Shown piece by piece: positions 17,669 to 25,999 of a DNA stretch of 26,709 bases (within the stretch, counting starts at the first letter, position 1; each line of letters begins with the position of its first letter). The notes under the pieces are model-generated. The model was not told the origin of the DNA. It searched no databases and was given only the letters and a program-made list of their open reading frames with translations. The translations under genes and the position numbers were made by a program. The DNA comes from a candidate division WOR-3 bacterium. GTDB lineage: Bacteria > Hydrothermota > Hydrothermia > JBDRYB01. The stretch is from assembly GCA_039803205.1 (NCBI GenBank), contig JBDRYB010000026.1:1-26709 (forward strand), in the 5' to 3' direction.

Positions 17669-19291
17669 ATGCCAAAAGCAACGACTTTGGTGGTCTCAGT
17701 CCTGGCCGTGAGTCTCTCGTGGGCTGGTTCCGCGGCTCAGCACCTTTCCAAGATGGACGAGGCCACCAGAGAAAACGCACTGATAGGCCTGGAGTGGGCA
17801 GGAGCCCACACCAACGAGATGACCAACGCTGAGTATCTCTGGAACACTGGAAGATACTCAGAGGCCATATCCGCCATAGAAGCACTGGAAGCCGAGCTCG
17901 GAGACATGTGTCTCGGAATATCCTGGCGCAAGCCCATAGAGACCGAGAGCCCAAAATGGGGAACGGATGTTCGGGTGACCCAGTCAAGCTACGACATAAG
18001 TGACATTGAGCTTGTCAAGGCCCAAGGCAACAACAACCTCTTTGTTGTAGCGATGGGTTCATACGGTGCTGATACCTGCTGGACCCTCAATATCTCAACA
18101 AACGGAGGAAGCTCTTGGTCAGAAACATACAGATGGAACCTCGCGAATGGCTATGAATTGTATGATGTTGATGCGGCTGAATACCCTGGTTATATATATG
18201 TCGTTTACGCCAGCTCCTACAACGATTCGGTATGGACGAGGAGGTTCAGCGAGACCAACGGGAGCCATGATGACGCTTTCGGTTTTAAGCTTGTAATCGG
18301 CTCAAACTCGGAGATGTGGGAGTGCAATCTTGAGCCCAATAGATACAGTTGGGATGAGCTCTACTGCGGGGTAATCAACTCTAGCCGGGCCCTTTTATAC
18401 ACTGTGTCTTTTGATGGTGGATCAAGCTGGACACCAATCTCCACAGGTGTCACGGATGCTTATGTTGGTCTTGATATGGATTACGGGTTTATGGCCGGGG
18501 CTCAGCATTATCTTTGGCTAAGTTATCTAAACGCCACTCCCAGTCTCTGCGCTAAAGCTCGTATTGGCGGTTCCTGGGAAGATCACCCCAATCTCGCACC
18601 TTCTGCCTGGGGGTATACCCGCATAGCCCAACACGGGGATACGGTATTGATTCTCTACGCGGATACCGGAAACCTCACTGATCTCAAATACAGGGTGACC
18701 TACAACGACGGAGGAGCCTGGACTTGGGGAACTGTATACGATTCTACGGATGCTGGCGCGTTTGACATAACCGGCCGGGGAGGCCAGGGCTGGCAGGCCG
18801 CGTTCTGCGATTACTATGCATCTGGCCCTGAGACCATGAAATATAGGCGAAGGACCTATCAATTCCCGCCGGATTGGGAGGCTGTCCAGAGCTTTGGGAA
18901 TCACGATGCTTTCTTCAATTACCACAGCTCCATTGACTACCTCGGTGCCTCGGGCGCCTACGGTGTTGCCTACATAGACGATAACTTTGATGTGTGGTTT
19001 GACAGGTTGGATTGGGGCGATGTTGCTGAGTCCGCTCCAAAGCCCCTACCCATGGAATTCAAGGCCCTACCAGGCCCTGGAAAGACAACCCTCTCATTTG
19101 TCCTGCCTCAGGAAGGCTTTGCTAGCCTGAGGATATACGATGTCCGCGGCGCTCTGGTCAGAGACCTCTCCGGCAACTACAAGGAAGGCATGAACAGGGT
19201 TGAGTTCGTTCCCGATGGTTCCGGAACCTTCTTCGCTATACTGGTCGCTGGAGGCCAACAGGCAAGGACCAAGTTCGTGACAGTGAAGTAG
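17669..19291 (+). CDS. Secreted BNR/Asp-box protein with T9SS-like C-terminal domain, copy 2
   Basis: Paralog of 15899-17518 with near-identical ends and a diverged middle. Confidence 0.85.
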   Translation: MPKATTLVVSVLAVSLSWAGSAAQHLSKMDEATRENALIGLEWAGAHTNEMTNAEYLWNTGRYSEAISAIEALEAELGDMCLGISWRKPIETESPKWGTDVRVTQSSYDISDIELVKAQGNNNLFVVAMGSYGADTCWTLNISTNGGSSWSETYRWNLANGYELYDVDAAEYPGYIYVVYASSYNDSVWTRRFSETNGSHDDAFGFKLVIGSNSEMWECNLEPNRYSWDELYCGVINSSRALLYTVSFDGGSSWTPISTGVTDAYVGLDMDYGFMAGAQHYLWLSYLNATPSLCAKARIGGSWEDHPNLAPSAWGYTRIAQHGDTVLILYADTGNLTDLKYRVTYNDGGAWTWGTVYDSTDAGAFDITGRGGQGWQAAFCDYYASGPETMKYRRRTYQFPPDWEAVQSFGNHDAFFNYHSSIDYLGASGAYGVAYIDDNFDVWFDRLDWGDVAESAPKPLPMEFKALPGPGKTTLSFVLPQEGFASLRIYDVRGALVRDLSGNYKEGMNRVEFVPDGSGTFFAILVAGGQQARTKFVTVK

Positions 19292-19315
19292 GGCTTGTCT
19301 TCGCTGAAAAAACAG

Positions 19316-19339
19316 GCCCCGGCTCGTGCCGGGGCTTTT
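19316..19339 (+). terminator. Intrinsic terminator
   Basis: Identical hairpin plus T-tract after stop 19291. Confidence 0.85.
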
Positions 19340-19392
19340 AATTTACGAAGAGATCGTTGATCCGGCCCATGGAACAAGATTAAACTTTTGCC

Positions 19393-19950
19393 ATGAAGAA
19401 CATCCTTTTCCCGATCGTTATAATGTTCCTCGTTGGCGCATCCTGTTGCAAGAGGGCATCTGGAACACAGGAAACCACACAAGAAACCGGGGCGGCTCAG
19501 GCCCCCGACACGGTCCCCCAGGTCCCTCATAGCAACTTCAAACCAGCTCCGGACTTCACCCTCGTCTCCATAAAGGGGGATACAATAAGGCTATCGGACT
19601 ACAAGGGAAAGGTCGTTATCCTTGATTTCTGGGCTACATGGTGTCCTCCATGTAGGGAAGAGATACCTCATTTCAAGAACCTCTTCGCTGAGAAATCCGG
19701 ATCCGGCCTCATGATAATCGGGATAGTGGTCAACGACGATGTCTCTGAGGTCAAGAACTTCGTAACCAAGAACGCCGTGAACTACCCCATCGCCATGGGA
19801 ACACCGCAGGTTGAGAGGGCTTACGGAGGTATAGAGGCAATCCCCACGACCTTCATAATAGGGAAGGACATGACCATAAGACAAAGGGTTGTTGGTTATC
19901 GCGAGCCCTCTTTCTTCAAGAAAGAGGTGGAAAAACTCCTTGTGGAGTAG
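19393..19950 (+). CDS. TlpA/ResA-family thiol-disulfide oxidoreductase, probable lipoprotein
   Basis: APDFTL, LDFWATWCPPCREEIP, IPTTFII; leader ending LVGASCC. Confidence 0.92.
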   Translation: MKNILFPIVIMFLVGASCCKRASGTQETTQETGAAQAPDTVPQVPHSNFKPAPDFTLVSIKGDTIRLSDYKGKVVILDFWATWCPPCREEIPHFKNLFAEKSGSGLMIIGIVVNDDVSEVKNFVTKNAVNYPIAMGTPQVERAYGGIEAIPTTFIIGKDMTIRQRVVGYREPSFFKKEVEKLLVE

Positions 19951-19979
19951 TGAATTCCCTTTGGGGGATAACCGGGGAG

Positions 19980-20954
19980 CTATCTTGAAAAAAGCACCTC
20001 AATCACATCCCCATCCTGGATAATGTAATCTTTGCCCTCTTTCTTGACAATCCCTGTCTTCTTAGCGGCTTCCCATCCCCCAGCCGAAACCACCGCGTCC
20101 CACCTCGCGACCATAGCCCTTATGAAGCCGCGCTCCATATCCGAGTGGATCCTTCCAGCGGCCTCCAGAGCGCTCGCTCCCTTCCTCAGGCTCCAGGACT
20201 TCACCTCTTTGGGGCCCGGGGTAAAGAAGTGAATTAGGCCAGAAGCCCTGTAAAGCTTTGATAATATCTCGTAAGCTAGATCGCCAATCCCCAGCTCTTT
20301 TGCCATTCCATCTCGTTCGTCATCAGGAAGGCTGGTCAGCTCAAGCGCGAGCCGAAAATCCCCTGCTACCCAGTCAACCGGAAGGGCTGTTTCTGGTTCC
20401 TTCAAGAGAGCGGCCACCGCTGGCTTTAGGCTCAGAAACCCGTATTCATGGATGAGCCTGAGATCCTGATCCAAAAGCCCTATGGAAAATATGGGTTTCC
20501 CCCTCCCAAGAGCATCTGAAAGCATCTCAAGGATGGCGAGCTTTTTCGGGTCCTCGTGGCCCCCCGAGACGCTTTTCTTTACTTTGGGCAGCAGGTTGTC
20601 AGCGGCCTCGGAATCCGAGAGGATCACCCTATCATAGAGGTCCTCAAACTCCGCGACGCTCTCAGCCACAACAACAAAAGCATCATAAGGGGCCAGTGCC
20701 CCGAATATCTCCCCAGCCTTCTTGTCAGACCACAGGGGTCCCATCCCCAAGAACATGTGGAACTCAGAGCGATCGGGGGTTGTTTTCTCCGGTTTTATTG
20801 CCTCAGCGAGGGCCCGGAGCCTCTCGTCAGGAAAGCACCCGGTTGCTATTGCTGATACATAGCCCTTTGGAGCCTGGCCGGGCTTCTGGCCCGTGAGCAG
20901 ATGAAAAACCACCTCAGCTAGCCCATGTTGGGAACCGAGTATGGCAACTCGCAC
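19980..20954 (-). CDS. YchF-like protein (C-terminal TGS/DUF933 domain) with degenerate P-loop
   Basis: LIHFFTPGPKEVKSW, AAGRIHSDMERGFIRA, EGKDYIIQDGDVI; N-terminus GSQHGLAE replaces GxxNxGKST. Confidence 0.8.
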   Translation of the reverse strand: MRVAILGSQHGLAEVVFHLLTGQKPGQAPKGYVSAIATGCFPDERLRALAEAIKPEKTTPDRSEFHMFLGMGPLWSDKKAGEIFGALAPYDAFVVVAESVAEFEDLYDRVILSDSEAADNLLPKVKKSVSGGHEDPKKLAILEMLSDALGRGKPIFSIGLLDQDLRLIHEYGFLSLKPAVAALLKEPETALPVDWVAGDFRLALELTSLPDDERDGMAKELGIGDLAYEILSKLYRASGLIHFFTPGPKEVKSWSLRKGASALEAAGRIHSDMERGFIRAMVARWDAVVSAGGWEAAKKTGIVKKEGKDYIIQDGDVIEVLFSR

Positions 20955-20957
20955 GTG

Positions 20958-22325
20958 TTATTCCTTTGGTGGCTTAAAAGTAAAGGGTATGTTGACCCGC
21001 ACCTTAACCCTTTTGCCCCCCATTTCCCCTGGGGTGAACTTGCACTTTCCTGCGGCCTCAAGCGCTGGCGCGTTGAAGAGCTCGTTTGTTGACTGGACCA
21101 CCTTCTCTGAGCCAGGGACCACATTTCCTTCCTCGTCAATCACCACCTGGACCGTTACCCTGCCCTCAAGGCCGAGGCTCAAGGCCTCGGCAGGATAATC
21201 GGGCTGGACAAACTCAATGAGATCCGGGGCCTTTTCCACATCGTAGAACTCATAGATCTTACCTGCCTTAACACTCGCTCCTGGCTTGGGCCCTGTTTCA
21301 AAGCTGACCGGCTTCACGAACGAGAATGTGAAGCGGAGGTTGCGCTTAGCGTCAGGATTGTGCTTATTGAAATCATATATGGAGCCATCGTCAGCAATAT
21401 CAAGCTTGAAACTGCCGTAAGTTATGCCGCCTCCGAATGTCGGCCCCATTCTGTAGCCGTAGCGGTCGTGGAAATAACCCATGCGCAAGGAGATCATGTC
21501 GTAGAATGTGTAGTCAGCGCCAATAGAGCGCCAACCCTCGTTCAGGATGTAGTTCATACCTCCTTTATCGTAGTCATCAGTGAGGCCCGGGAGGACCTTG
21601 TGATAATCCGCAGCTATGGTGAACCGGTGATATTTCGTCCGCAGAAGCCCATAGGCCATCCCTATCCTCAGGGTTGTTGGAAGGGGATCAGACTCACCAG
21701 AGCCCGTGTAGCTAACGCCAGGGCCTATGTTCGTGAGAGCGACGGCGAGGTTCAGGCCAGGTATGGGCGTCTTGTAGAGAACTCCACCATCAACTGCAAA
21801 GGTCACCGCTGTTCCACCGCCGGGCTCGTTCAGTATCTCCCTCATCACCCACTCGGGAACGAGGTATGAGTAAAATATCTTGCTGGACAGTCCTATGCCA
21901 AGGCCTGGCAGTGGAACAACCCCGTATCCAATGGATAGCGAGACATCATACGGCTTGAAGCTGCCCCTGTATGTTCCCTGCTCATCGTAGACTTCAACCT
22001 CCCCAGGGGTCAGGTATGTAAGGGAAGCGCCGAAGTTTCCCATTCTGGTGGGAAAAACAGCACTGAAATACTCGTAGTAGGCGTCGGGCACTATTGTCCT
22101 GAGCCAGGGCGCGTGGGTGAAGTGAACCTCCATGTTCCTGAAGAAACCGAGGCCCCCAACATTGTAATAAATAGCGGTCGCGTCGTCAGCTATCGCGGAG
22201 AATGCTCCCCCCATGGAAACCCCCTTGGCCCCCGGGAAGATCATCAGCATCACGGCCCCAGGCGTAAATGCATCCGCCAGGGCCATCCCTACCAGCAAAC
22301 TGGTTGTTGCTACAGCTCTCCTCAT
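20958..22325 (-). CDS. PorV/PorQ-family beta-barrel fused to a C-terminal TonB-C domain
   Basis: PGAKGVSMGGAFSAIADDATAIYYNVGGL, DPLPTTLRIG, LRMGYF (PorV-like); PDYPAEA...GLEGRVTVQVVIDEEGNV...FTPG...VRVNIPFTF (TonB-C). Start moved to ATG 22325 (RBS GAGG, signal peptide). Confidence 0.85.
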   Translation of the reverse strand: MRRAVATTSLLVGMALADAFTPGAVMLMIFPGAKGVSMGGAFSAIADDATAIYYNVGGLGFFRNMEVHFTHAPWLRTIVPDAYYEYFSAVFPTRMGNFGASLTYLTPGEVEVYDEQGTYRGSFKPYDVSLSIGYGVVPLPGLGIGLSSKIFYSYLVPEWVMREILNEPGGGTAVTFAVDGGVLYKTPIPGLNLAVALTNIGPGVSYTGSGESDPLPTTLRIGMAYGLLRTKYHRFTIAADYHKVLPGLTDDYDKGGMNYILNEGWRSIGADYTFYDMISLRMGYFHDRYGYRMGPTFGGGITYGSFKLDIADDGSIYDFNKHNPDAKRNLRFTFSFVKPVSFETGPKPGASVKAGKIYEFYDVEKAPDLIEFVQPDYPAEALSLGLEGRVTVQVVIDEEGNVVPGSEKVVQSTNELFNAPALEAAGKCKFTPGEMGGKRVKVRVNIPFTFKPPKE

Positions 22326-22352
22326 GATTCTAACCTCTTTCTTTACATCCAT

Positions 22353-22382
22353 ATTATATTCCAATCCTGTCCAGGGTTGCAA
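22353..22382 (-). promoter_or_regulatory. Sigma70-like promoter for the PorV-TonB gene
   Basis: Minus strand TTGCAA-N18-TATAAT. Confidence 0.55.
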
Positions 22383-22495
22383 CTCTTTGACTCCAAGGGA
22401 GAGGGTTTTGTTCCAAGAGTATTGGCATCTAAAGGCGATCCCTGCCCTCTGCTTCCCAGCCACAGGGGCAATCAAAGTCTCGCCATTTATTTCCT

Positions 22496-22858
22496 CTGAC
22501 CCTTACCTATTTCCTCACCTCTTGAAGATTTCATCAGGGTTATCCGTGCCCCACATGATAGCTCGCCAGAGCTTCTCTTTATCCACTCGTAATCGGCTCC
22601 TCATCCACGCTCACTGATACCGTGAGCCACATGAGGCCTCTGGTTATGACCGAGAGCTTACCGCATTGGATTACCCCTGAGACAGCATCCCTCACTATTG
22701 CATAACGCCTGCTATGTCCCAAGACTTCCATCAGTGGTGAAAGATATTCAAGGAGTCCTTCCATAGGAGACAGATTATGGCCTAGATGGCCAACCCAGGG
22801 CCAGCACCTCAGGAGGGCCTATTTATGAGGATTAGGGAAAGTTTTGGGTAAGGGTCAG
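22496..22858 (-). mobile_element. Internally deleted IS4-like element (363 bp)
   Basis: Terminal IRs CTGACCCTTACC...GGTAAGGGTCAG (compare the IS50 end CTGACTCTTATAC); decayed ORF MEGLLEYLSPLMEVLGHSRRYAIVRDAVSGVIQCGKL; one end recurs at 4179-4234. Confidence 0.72.
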
Positions 22859-23146
22859 AGCATATCCCTTGATACGAAGCTGGGCAAGGTCGGAGACCTC
22901 AAGAAGGCCTATGACGAGGAGCACAACATAGACAAGGCATACAGGATTGCACAGCAGATCCTGAACGAGGATCCGAAGAACACCACCGCGAAGATGTATG
23001 CTAGGAAATGCGAGCTGGAGCGAAAGGCTAGGGCATACGAGAAAAACGGGGACAAGGAAAACGCCCTGAAATATTGGGAACAGCTCCTATCGCTTGATCC
23101 TGGGAACAAATGGGCAAAGGAGGGAATAGCCAGGAACTCCCAGTAG
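22859..23146 (+). pseudogene. TPR-repeat protein fragment, 5' end removed by the IS
   Basis: AQQILNEDPKNTTAK and ALKYWEQLLSLDPGNKWAKEGI are TPR-like; the TTG start in the ORF track lies inside the IS terminal region. Confidence 0.6.
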
Positions 23147-24433
23147 CTAGCGGATAGCAATCCTGGTTCTTTGTTTCCCCGCCACCACGAAATAAACCCC
23201 AGGCTTCAGAGGGCTTATCAAGATTTTGTCCCTTATTTTCCTGCTGAGAACCAGGCGGCCAGCAGGGTCATAAATCTGTGCCTCGCCTGAGTAGCCGGTT
23301 ATCCAGAAGCCTCCGGAGGCCATCTGGAGAACGAGGCTCTGTCTGGATGCTGTGTGAGATTCAGAAACCCCTATGGTTGGATTGTTGGTGATGTATCTGT
23401 ACTTTTCCGGATGAAGAATAGACTCGTGACACACAAAGTGCAAGTAGCCGTTCTGATCAGATGTCAGGCATGTCGGCCATATTCCGGGCGCAATAAATTC
23501 CACCTCTTCCCATTCATTAAGACCTTTCCTTATGGCATGCCAGAGGGTTCCGTCGTTGTGAGGAGATATAACATGGACAACACTGTCCGGGGTCACAGCG
23601 TAATTTGAAGTTATGAGGATCCCGCCAAGGCCCGTAAATTCAACAACCCAGCCGTAGAGGGTTCGCTCCGCGTATTTATTCCTGTAAGCTACAATATTTT
23701 CATAGTAGGGCCAGTAATGGATACGAGGGGTTCCCCACCAATCCACATTGATCTCGCAAAGGGAAAAGCAAAAATCTCCGCCCTCATCCCCCATCGGATC
23801 AACAAGCTCCATCCTCCAGCCAGAAGAATCTCTGAGGCCATACCAGAGCAGGTGCGGAACAACAGATTCCATGGCCAGATGAAGGTTGCCCTCCCCATCA
23901 AAGCGCATGTCTCCCAAGAAACTGCATAGAGTATCTGTATCAGAGCAGAATATCTCCTTGGACCATGTATCCCCTTCCATCCAGACATGCGCCATGGTGT
24001 CGCCAAGATAACTCACGCCCAATATAAAATGGGGGTTACCCTGTGGAGACACGGTAAAGGCATATGTGAAAAACGAGAGAGGGAAGCCGTGATCTTCTGG
24101 AATGTAGGTGTAGTATCGCCAACCCGTATCGGTTTCGGACGCGAGGAAAAGCGTATCATCGGTGGGGGGAATGGTTACTAGGTGTAAATGGCCAGAGGAA
24201 TCCAAAGCGGCCCACAAACTCGCTCCACGGGGAACAAATGGAATTGTGTCAGTTACCCAGGCAGAGCCTTGCCACCTTCGTCTTATCGGTTTTTCGGTTC
24301 CAAGGGTATCCCTGTAAAGTATAACAGGATTGCCGGTGGGATCTAGAAAGAGCATCGGTCCATACTTACCTTCATCTGTTATCGTGTGAACGAACCAGGG
24401 CGCAAAAAGTGCCAGAGTTAAACCCCAATTCAT
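23147..24433 (-). CDS. Secreted beta-propeller-like protein with T9SS-like C-terminal domain
   Basis: RBS AGGAGG; repeated LDSSGHLHL / FDGEGNLHL / SDQNGYLHF blades; IYDPAGRLV...PGVYFV tail. Confidence 0.8.
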   Translation of the reverse strand: MNWGLTLALFAPWFVHTITDEGKYGPMLFLDPTGNPVILYRDTLGTEKPIRRRWQGSAWVTDTIPFVPRGASLWAALDSSGHLHLVTIPPTDDTLFLASETDTGWRYYTYIPEDHGFPLSFFTYAFTVSPQGNPHFILGVSYLGDTMAHVWMEGDTWSKEIFCSDTDTLCSFLGDMRFDGEGNLHLAMESVVPHLLWYGLRDSSGWRMELVDPMGDEGGDFCFSLCEINVDWWGTPRIHYWPYYENIVAYRNKYAERTLYGWVVEFTGLGGILITSNYAVTPDSVVHVISPHNDGTLWHAIRKGLNEWEEVEFIAPGIWPTCLTSDQNGYLHFVCHESILHPEKYRYITNNPTIGVSESHTASRQSLVLQMASGGFWITGYSGEAQIYDPAGRLVLSRKIRDKILISPLKPGVYFVVAGKQRTRIAIR

Positions 24434-24460
24434 GTTTCACCTCCTTGCAAGCAAAACAGC

Positions 24461-24507
24461 GGGCCGGGCCCCTTTGGGTCTTGATTCAGGGAGCCCGGCC
24501 CCTTTTT
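24461..24507. terminator. GC-rich intergenic hairpin (terminator or RNA-processing element)
   Basis: GGGCCGGGC...GCCCGGCCC stem; homologous to 25946-25992. Confidence 0.55.
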
Positions 24508-24515
24508 CATTTCAC

Positions 24516-25925
24516 TTACCTCAGAATGATCTTCTCGGTTCTGGCTTTGTTTTTGGCCTCAAGTCTCAGGAAGTAGGTTCCGGCTGAGAAGGAGCTGGTT
24601 GGGATGGAAAGATCGTAGTAGCCAGCGGGTTTCTCCTCGGAGAAGATCGTTTGAACAACCCGGCCAGAGACATCGTATATCTTAAGGGAGACGAGGCCTT
24701 CGTCTTCAAGGGGGATGCCGAACTTGAGCTTGAGGGCACCCCTAGTAGGGTTCGGGGCGACCGACAGAAAGAGGCGAGGTTTTGGCTCATGCTGGGACTC
24801 AGGTATCCCTATGTCCGGGTTCGTGGTCGCGTAATAGACATCTCTTTCGTTGTTAAACCAGACTACATGTAAAAAGCCCAGGCTATCCGTGGCCATGTGA
24901 AGGTAAGCACCACCCAAATAATCTATAATCTCGTTGTGCCAGGCAGTATCTGATGGGTTCTTGTAATAGTGAGAAATGCCACCCTTGGTAGAAATGAAGT
25001 GGACCACTCCGTCTCTATCAACTACTGGGTTACTCCAGATCCCCAAAGAGGCCGTAAAAATCGTATCTACATGCCACTGGCCAAGAGTATCCCTGAACAA
25101 ATACCTGAGCTGATCAGGCTCAAAAGACGGACTTGTCCTGAAAAGGGCGTGCGGTTGATTTTTATAATCCATGCATAGAGAAGCGCTCGCCCATGGAAGG
25201 GGATCCTCCGTTACCGAATCAGCGGCTACCCATTCCCAGGAGCCGCTTTCGTTGCTTCCGTGGAGGAAATACCCCCATTGCAGGGAGACGATGTGAATGT
25301 TGCTGTTGCAGTCCCTGTCCGCGTCAATATAAAACGCCTCACTGCCGTAATAAATGGGATCCGGCTGTGGTATCCACTCGCCCTGCCAGGCGCCGCCTTC
25401 AAATCGGTATATCCCAAACTTGGTGAAGCCAAGCGTGTCGCTGATCGTGTCAGAGGTCACTATCATGGGTATACCCAGGAAATCAAGGAAAGCGCCCTGG
25501 GGCCAGTTTATCAGGCCGATATACGGATTAGCAAGGCTGTCCACGAGGCTCGGTAAGGTATCCCAGGTGTCTCCCCAGCCGTGGAAAAACTTGTATTTTG
25601 GAGGATAGGGCGGACAATCAACGCTGCCTATCCACAGGCTGTCCGAGGTGTCCATGAAACAGGCCTGAGACCCACCCTCCTCTGGAGCAACCCAGGGGGG
25701 TAGGGTGTCTATCCTCCAAGAGCCTTCTTGCCATTCAATAACCACATTCCGGTGGCCGTAAGACCCTCCCTCCACAGGATAACTATCCAGATAAAGGATC
25801 ACAGGATCACATTGGCTATCAAGGACAAGACCCTGGACAGTACCTAAGGGGGTGGTATCTACATAAACATGTTCCACATGCCAGACCCACTGGCTCAGAA
25901 ACACAAGCATCAGAAGCCCGTTCAT
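24516..25925 (-). CDS. Secreted beta-propeller-like protein with T9SS type A-like C-terminal domain; paralog of 23147-24433
   Basis: RBS AGGAGG; VDRDGVVHF and TDSLGFLHV blades; PNPTRG...IYDVSGRVV...GTYFLRL tail. Confidence 0.82.
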   Translation of the reverse strand: MNGLLMLVFLSQWVWHVEHVYVDTTPLGTVQGLVLDSQCDPVILYLDSYPVEGGSYGHRNVVIEWQEGSWRIDTLPPWVAPEEGGSQACFMDTSDSLWIGSVDCPPYPPKYKFFHGWGDTWDTLPSLVDSLANPYIGLINWPQGAFLDFLGIPMIVTSDTISDTLGFTKFGIYRFEGGAWQGEWIPQPDPIYYGSEAFYIDADRDCNSNIHIVSLQWGYFLHGSNESGSWEWVAADSVTEDPLPWASASLCMDYKNQPHALFRTSPSFEPDQLRYLFRDTLGQWHVDTIFTASLGIWSNPVVDRDGVVHFISTKGGISHYYKNPSDTAWHNEIIDYLGGAYLHMATDSLGFLHVVWFNNERDVYYATTNPDIGIPESQHEPKPRLFLSVAPNPTRGALKLKFGIPLEDEGLVSLKIYDVSGRVVQTIFSEEKPAGYYDLSIPTSSFSAGTYFLRLEAKNKARTEKIILR

Positions 25926-25945
25926 GGTTTACCTCCTGAAGAAAG

Positions 25946-25992
25946 ACAAGGGGGCCGGCCCTTTGAGCGAAAACGGAACCGGCCCCTTTTGT
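25946..25992. terminator. GC-rich intergenic hairpin
   Basis: ACAAGGGGGCCGG...CCGGCCCCTTTTGT stem. Confidence 0.55.
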
Positions 25993-25999
25993 TCATGCT

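Larger units (their letters stand above)
15815..19356 (+). repeat. Head-to-tail tandem duplication: unit 1 15815-17583, unit 2 17584-19356
   Basis: Both units start CGGGGCG...AAGATCTTGGAATAGTTTATAAT and end TTTACGAAGAGATCG; each holds promoter region, gene and terminator. Confidence 0.92.

Noticed and set aside
15899..19291. Diversity-generating retroelement as the cause of the paralog variation
   Set aside because: No reverse transcriptase in the window, differences are not adenine-specific, and both copies are full genes
22326..22475. N-terminal extension of the PorV-TonB ORF to 22475
   Set aside because: Spans a promoter-like motif; RBS and signal peptide support ATG 22325
24434..25999. 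Integron attC sites between the array genes
   Set aside because: No RYYYAAC/GTTRRRY core sites at the hairpin ends and no integrase in the window
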